In this document: piece by piece, positions 43,781 through 50,001 of the stretch | How positions within the stretch are numbered: the stretch's first letter is position 1 | How the letters are laid out: each line of letters starts with the position of its first letter | Origin: Macrostomum lignano | Taxonomy: Eukaryota | DNA: 50,001 nt | Assembly (NCBI GenBank): GCA_002269645.1 | Contig: NIVC01004336.1 | Span: 1 to 50,001 of the forward strand | Direction of reading: 5' to 3' | The notes under the pieces: generated by a model | Database searches by the model: none | What the model was told of the DNA's origin: nothing | The model's input: the letters and a program-made list of their open reading frames with translations, nothing else | Translations under genes and position numbers: made by a program

Positions 43781-44988
43781 ATGGATCTTAAAAAAATTAA
43801 AGAAAGATTTTCTGAACTGAAAGTCAAAGACCATTTGAAGCAACTGATTTTTGAGTCCGAATCGCCCTCAAAGTTTGTTAATGAAGCGAACCAACTGAAA
43901 ATGGAAAAGCGATGGGCTGAAGCTGGCGACACGTTCATCAAAGCAGCTAAGGGCTTTCTTGGTCAGGCTAAATGCGAGTTCGATGCTTCCGACTGTCTGA
44001 GCAAAGCTGCCACCAGCTATCTGCTGCAGCAAGACCTTCGCTGTGCCATTCTCAGTCTGCAGGCGGCTGCGCGGCTGTACGCTGAGCTCGGCCAGTTCAG
44101 CATAGCGGCCGGACAGCACGAGAGAATTGCTGAGCTGGCTGAGAAACTCGAAGAGCTCAGAGTTCGTCAAGGCGGCGGCAACAGGGACCTGATGGACTGG
44201 GAGTCTGTGGAGGGCCAAGTCTCTGACGAACGAGCCAGCGAGATAAAAAACTTATGAAACTTTACCGAGAGAAACGTCCTCCTGAAAATAGATTTTATAA
44301 GGAAATTGGAAATCGTATGATAAAATTCTTCAAATTGGACAACAGTTCAAAGACAGGAGGCAGCGATCTGCAGAATGACGATCTGCAGAATGACGATCTG
44401 CAAGCCAAGACGCTGCATTTCAAGACGCCCAACAACTATCAGGCCACCCCCCGCACTGAAGAATTGCAGCCTGAAATGACAGGTGCGACTTCCGAAGCCA
44501 CAGCTGTGACTGGGCAACAGCAACCGGTGCCCGGCACTACCACACCGCTTCAACTGGCCCTGAATCACCTGGAGAAGGCGGCCGACTTCTTCGAGTCCGA
44601 GCAGAGCCCGGCCAGCGCCGCCGCCTGTAGCGACAAGCGAGCCCGCATCGAGGCGGACGGCGGACAACTCGACCGAGCCGCTGACGGCTTCCTCAAACTG
44701 GCCGACTGGGCGGCGAGCGACTCAATGCTGAGCAGCTGCGTCACAGACTATGCGTTCAAAGCCTGCCTGTGCGAGCTGGCAGCCGCTAGCCGATCCGACA
44801 GGCTTCAGTCTGGACTGCGGCACCTCGGCCGGAGCGACGAGGCCGACCTCGTCAAGGCTTTGGCTGGAGCTACGAGCGTTGCCGCCTTCGACGAAGCGCT
44901 GATCGCCTTCCAGAGATTCAACAACGTCGACGACTGGTGCGAGAGACGCCTGAAGGAGGTCAAAGGTCGCCTACCCCCTTCGACTTGA
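43781..44988 (+). CDS. Divergent alpha-SNAP (NSF attachment protein)-like paralog 1; split into two frames (43781-44257, 44254-44988) by an insertion/intron or frameshift
   Basis: EANQLKMEKRWAEAGDTFIKAA...YAELGQFSIAAGQHERIAEL and ALNHLEKAADFFESEQSPASAAAC...DYAFKACLC...NVDDWCERRLKEVK align with alpha-SNAP ([54 protein letters not shown]; RLDQW). Confidence 0.8.
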
Positions 44989-45381
44989 AATCTTGAAATC
45001 TTGTGTAGTGCAAACTGTAGTGTGCTGTCGGCAGGTGTTCTGGGGTTTATACTCTATTATAACTTTCTACCTATGTTCACTTTTTCTGTGATTTAATCGC
45101 ATTCTTATTTTCTCTTCTCGACTCCCGTTTCGTACTATTTTTCACAGATCATTAATTGTTACGGATTTGTAAAACCAAACGGTGAATTTTGCAGGCAAAA
45201 CATGTGCCCTTAAAAGGGCCGTTTTAGCGTATTTCAAAAACGCAGATTTTTTTGCTGCTAAGTGACCTGCTCTGTGGTAAGTTATTCATCGTTGATTAAG
45301 ATGTCCTAGTAACTTTGAAAAATATTTTGAACTACAATGGTCAAGTAGCATCTTTTACAGCTGTGCATTTTTCTTTTAATT

Positions 45382-46377
45382 GCTAGATTAGCAATCCAGC
45401 AACAGGCCTTCATAACCAACAGCTAGATTAGCAATCCAGCAACAGGCCTTCATAACCAACAGCTAGATTAGCAATCCTACAACAGGCCTCCAAAACCAAC
45501 AGCTAGATTAGCAATCCAACAACAGGCCTTCATAACCAACAGCTAGATTAGCAATCAGAAACAGGCCTCCATAACCAACAGCTAGATTAGCAATCCAGAA
45601 ACAGGCCTCCATAACCAACAGCTAGATTAGCGATCCAACAACAGGCCTCCATAACCAACAGCTAGATTAGCAATCCAGCAACAGGCCTCCATAACCAACA
45701 GCTAGATTATCAATCCAACAACAGGCCTCCATAACCAACAGCTAGATTAGCAATCCAACAACAGGCCTCCATAATCAACAGCTAGATTAGCAATCCAACA
45801 ACAGGCCTCCATAACCAACAGCTAGATTAGCGATCCAACAACAGGCCTCCATAATCAACAGCTAGATTAGCAATCCAACAACAGGCCTCCATAACCAACA
45901 GCTAGATTAGCAATCCAACAACAGGCCTCCATAACCAACAGCTAGATTAGCAATCCAGCAACAGGCGTCCATAACCAACAGCTAGATTAACAATCCAGCA
46001 ACAGGCCTCCATAACCAACAGCTAGATTATCAATCCAACAACAGGCCTCCATAACCAACAGCTAGATTATCAATCCAGCAACAGGCCTTCATAACCAACA
46101 GCTAGATTAGCAATCCAGCAACAGGCCTTCATAACCAACAGCTAGATTAGCAATCCTACAACAGGCCTCCAAAACCAACAGCTAGATTAGCAATCCAACA
46201 ACAGGCCTCCATAACCAACAGCTAGATTAGCAATCCAACAACAGGCCTCCATAACCAACAGCTAGATTAGCAATCCAGCAACAGGCGTCCATAACCAACA
46301 GCTAGATTAACAATCCAACAACAGGCCTCCATAACCAACAGCTAGATTAGCAATCCAACAACAGGCCTCCAAAACCA
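45382..46377. repeat. 40-bp minisatellite AGCTAGATTAGCAATCCAACAACAGGCCTCCATAACCAAC, ~25 copies, between the two SNAP paralogs
   Basis: Directly visible. Confidence 0.97.
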
Positions 46378-46386
46378 CAGCCCCAC

Positions 46387-47325
46387 ATGTTCCTGTCTCG
46401 CAGGAGCCGCTGTCGCCAGCTGGTCCAAGAGGCCAATCGGCTGAAAGTGCAGAAGCGCTACCTGGATGCGGGGCACAAGTACTTCAGAGCCGCTCGGCTG
46501 TCAATGAAAAAGACAAGGAAGAAACAGAGAAGCTTCGATGCCGCCCATCACCTTACCGACGCAGCAAATTGCTACGCAAAACGCCAACCAGCATGCGCAG
46601 TGCTTTGCCTGCAATCGTCCGCGGCAATTTACGCCGAGCTCGGCCAATTCAGCCTTGCTGCCGGACAGCACGAGAAAATTGCTGAGCTGGCCGAGAAACT
46701 GCCGTCGAACTGCCGATCGGCAGAGTTAGAAGTGGACGAACAACTCTGTGGTAAGTTGATGCAACTGAAAAGTGCGGCTCTCTCTGGCAAGCCAATTCCT
46801 TCTGGCAATTGGAAGCTGATGTGTCTGGGAAAACAGCACCAAGAAGCTGGCGAGCTTTGGTTGAATCCTCGCGATCTGGCCCTGAATCACCTGGAGAAGG
46901 CGGCCGACTTCTTCGAGTCCGAGCAGAGCCCGGCCAGCGCCGCCGCCTGTCGCGACAAGCGAGCCCGCATCGAGGCGGACGGCGGACAACTCGACCGAGC
47001 CGCTGACGGCTTCCTCAAACTGGCCGACTGGGCGGCGAGCGACTCAATGCTGAGCAGCTGCGTCACAGACTATGCGTTCAAAGCCTGCCTGTGCGAGCTG
47101 GCAGCTGCTAGCCGATCCGACAGGCTTCAGTCTGGACTGCGGCACCTCGGCCGGAGCGACGAGGCCGACCTCGTCAAGGCTTTGGCTGGAGCTACGAGCG
47201 TTGCCGCCTTCGACGAAGCGCTGATCGCCTTCCAGAGATTCAACAACGTCGACGACTGGTGCGAGAGACGCCTGAAGGAGGTCAAATTGCGGATTGGGCA
47301 TTCAAAGAAGCATTCCTTGGTGTGA
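46387..47325 (+). CDS. Divergent alpha-SNAP-like paralog 2 (312-aa ORF; possible internal intron from GTAAGT at 46751)
   Basis: EANRLKVQKRYLDAGHKYFRAA...FDAAHHLTDAANCYAKRQP...YAELGQFSLAAGQHEKIAEL...ALNHLEKAADFFESEQ; 3' 411 nt nearly identical to paralog 1. Confidence 0.82.
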   Translation: MFLSRRSRCRQLVQEANRLKVQKRYLDAGHKYFRAARLSMKKTRKKQRSFDAAHHLTDAANCYAKRQPACAVLCLQSSAAIYAELGQFSLAAGQHEKIAELAEKLPSNCRSAELEVDEQLCGKLMQLKSAALSGKPIPSGNWKLMCLGKQHQEAGELWLNPRDLALNHLEKAADFFESEQSPASAAACRDKRARIEADGGQLDRAADGFLKLADWAASDSMLSSCVTDYAFKACLCELAAASRSDRLQSGLRHLGRSDEADLVKALAGATSVAAFDEALIAFQRFNNVDDWCERRLKEVKLRIGHSKKHSLV

Positions 47326-48580
47326 TTTGATGATGCGTTGCTGGGCAGCTTCTTTCTTCTTGTTATTTTTTTATTGCCAGTTTAAGAAGAAAACTTTGAA
47401 GCACACATTGTCTACTCATTATTATGAGTATGTAGTAGTATAGAGATCAGCTATAAAACTAAAACTTCTCGCTAAAACTGACTCAATAGCTGGGGGGATG
47501 ATTTTTACGGGGAAGAGTTGAGTCTTCTTCATAAGGAAATTTATGGTCTAGTTGACGTTACTGGCTGTACGTGTTCTACTCGTACTTGGCTGACGGGCTG
47601 TAGTAATCTTATCAGTCGAATATTAATAAATAAACTTAAATGTGTTGGCTCCTATTTTGAATCATATCATTGTAACAGTTTCATTAAAATATAACTGAAC
47701 TCAATACTATTTTCCCGTGTTTTTCTTGTTTCGTGTTTTCAGCATTCAAATCTGCTGTGCAAAATGCCTTATTGACTTTAATAGCTTGTACTGCAGCTTT
47801 TGTGCTTATTTAATTAGTGCTCTGACCTTTAAAGCGAGGTCAATAAAAACGAGGTCATCTGTATTTATACAGAACCGATGCTCATGGCTCCTGTTTGACG
47901 AGGATCGAATATCTTTATGAATTGTTCTAGTTATGAAAAGTCTAACAATATGAGCTGGCTTGCAGTGTTTCAGCTCTGTATTCACATGTGCACAGCAAAC
48001 TGCTGCAGTACACGGATAATTCTCGGCGCATTTATGCCGCTGTTATCTTAGATATGGCGACTCTCATATTCCATCTTCTACTTGCCACCCCTCTGCAAAT
48101 TTCATCTCTCTCTCTCCGCTCTACCCCTCGCCGACCTCACCCCACTGTTGCTAGGGCTACGCAAGCAATCTTCTTCTCTTTTCTCTCTCTCTCCTCTCCT
48201 CCGCTCAGCTCTTTAACTCTGACTCTGTCGCTTTGCGCTGGAAACAACATTTATATTTTCATTCCTAACTGCAACGACAACCCCCAGCCGCCAGCACACC
48301 ACCCCACCCTCCCCGCCTGTGCTCAGTGCGTTTTTGCTGGCTAAAGAGACGCAGCGGAGACAGGTTCAAGAGAGTTTTTCAACCCAACACATGCCGCTGT
48401 CTGCCAGACCCCCCCCCCCGCCGCCGCTCACAGTTGGGGGCCCGGGCAATCATTTAACTGTTGAACTGGCCGCACTCTCGGGCACTTGAAATAAGCAGTT
48501 TCAGACCCCCACGCTGGGTTAATAAATTGGCAGCATGGTTTATTAACAATTTGCCAAAGCACCGCAGCAGCAGTTGAGAA

Positions 48581-49879
48581 ATGCAGCAGCAGCAGCAGCA
48601 GCAGCTCAGGCACCTCGGCAGGCCCCGGGTGAGCACCAGCCTTCCAATCACCAGTCTGGGCCTCGAGTCGCAGCCGAACCAACCGGCGGGGCAGCTCCCG
48701 GTGCCGCTGCCGCCGACGCCGCCGGCCGCTGCTCGCTACTTCAGCGTCATCGGCGGACCCCGCTCGGAGTTCCGAGCCAGCCTCCTGCAGCAGCAGCAGC
48801 GCCAGCAGCGCAGTCTCCGTCATCAGGCAGGCGGCGGTCGCTACCAGAACGGCACTGCCTACTCCAACCACTATCAGTTGGCAGCGGCGGCTGCTGCTGC
48901 AGCGGCCATTGCGGCCACTTCGGCCAACTCCTCAGCCAACGGCAAGCCGCATCATCACCACCACCAGCGTCGTCGGTCGTCAAAGTCGCGATCGCATACA
49001 GCTTCCGGCGGGCGGAAGCATCATCACCATCAGCAGCATCAGCAGCAGCAGTACCGGCCCAGGTTCCCCGTCAGCTCCATGGCCGTCCAGGACGATGCTG
49101 ACAGATCGCGAATTCGCCTTCATTGTCGCAGACGATGCCGGCTCAGCAGCAGGCGCAGCCGGAGCTGCCGCACGACGAGACGGAGGCCCGCCTGCTGCTC
49201 ATCCGGGCGAAGCTCAATCAGCTCAGCGTCCAGCAGGAGCTGGCCGAGCAGGCCGAGGCGGAGCGGCAGCGTCGTCAACGCCAGCAGCCACGAAATCCAG
49301 CAACCTCAAAGACGACCGTCCGAGATCGACTCGTCCCGTCGCTGCGGCCGCCGGCGAAGCTGCAGCAGCGGCAGCAACAGCAGCGGCTCGAAGCCGCGCC
49401 GCCACAGTCTGGAAGTCGCAAAGCTGAGGAGGCGACAAGCGACGTTGACAGCAACGTCGTAGACGACGAAGATAACGATGGCGACGAAGAATGTGACGAC
49501 GACGATGAGGAAATCGACGATGGCATTGACGACAACGGTGACAACGATGGCAGCCTGTTGAACGGTCTTGAGGACGACCTTGAAGAGGACGACAACTCAA
49601 CAATGAGCATTGACACTGGCGGAGGCTCCTCGCTGCTGGCCTCCAGGCGACCCAGCGCTGCCGCCGGGGCAGCCGCCGTGGCCGGTCCCCGCCAGCCGGC
49701 CGTCATCGCGTCGCTGTTCCCGAACGTGCCCCCGGTGCTGCGGTTCTCGGCAGAGTCCGACCCGCCGCCCGAGCCGCTACCCTGGGCGCAGCGGAGGCAG
49801 CTGAAATGGCGGATGAGCTCCATCACGCCCGTGGTTGTCAAGCGGGCCATAGCGAGGAGCGGATTTCGCGTTGCTAAAA
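48581..49879 (+). CDS. TTLL4: Tubulin polyglutamylase TTLL4-like, 5' exon(s); gene continues beyond the window
   Basis: PAVIASLFPNVPPVLRF...LPWAQRRQLKWRMSSITPVVVKRAIARSGFRVAK matches TTLL4 (PALIYSLFPNVPPTIYF...LPWEQRKLLRWKMSTVTPNIVK); donor A|GTGAGT at 49880. The Q/H-rich N-terminal frame joins via a putative 35-nt intron (49070-49104) or an indel. Confidence 0.85.
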
Positions 49880-50001
49880 GTGAGTGGAGTCGAGTCGAGG
49901 ACCTTTGGACAGCTGAAAGAGAAGGACGCTTACACTAGGAGTTGTTAGAAATTGGTGTTACAAAAACTAAGAACTGAAGCGCGCCTTCTGCTTCAGGTGT
50001 C

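Overview
This is eukaryotic (invertebrate) genomic DNA, not prokaryotic. It has GT-AG introns, GC-rich exons in AT-rich intergenic DNA, many SINE/LINE/MITE remnants and about a dozen different tandem arrays. The style suggests a free-living flatworm such as Macrostomum (inference only). Recognisable genes: an ERICH2-like gene (-), a complete 3-exon TULP4 (-), two divergent tandem alpha-SNAP-like paralogs (+) and the 5' part of a TTLL4-like polyglutamylase (+). The best new observation is that the apparent 30-bp minisatellite at 21.5-22.2 kb is the last exon of a complete 3-exon, 287-aa secreted prohormone gene (-). It has a signal peptide, an acidic spacer, then 22 KR-flanked copies of WLG(D/N)GIRT, and all variation among the 21 WLGDGIRT repeats is synonymous. 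A second minisatellite (8.8-9.8 kb) also fits as a phase-compatible coding exon of an unknown gene. TULP4 intron 2 carries a chimeric Penelope-like element with three minimal hammerhead ribozymes and a ~300-bp inverted repeat. Also present are a decayed RAG1/Transib/Chapaev-like transposase, tRNA-derived SINEs, hAT-type MITEs and an LTR-like promoter with palindromic MEF2/CRE/AP-1 modules. All calls come from reading the sequence by eye; no database search was run.
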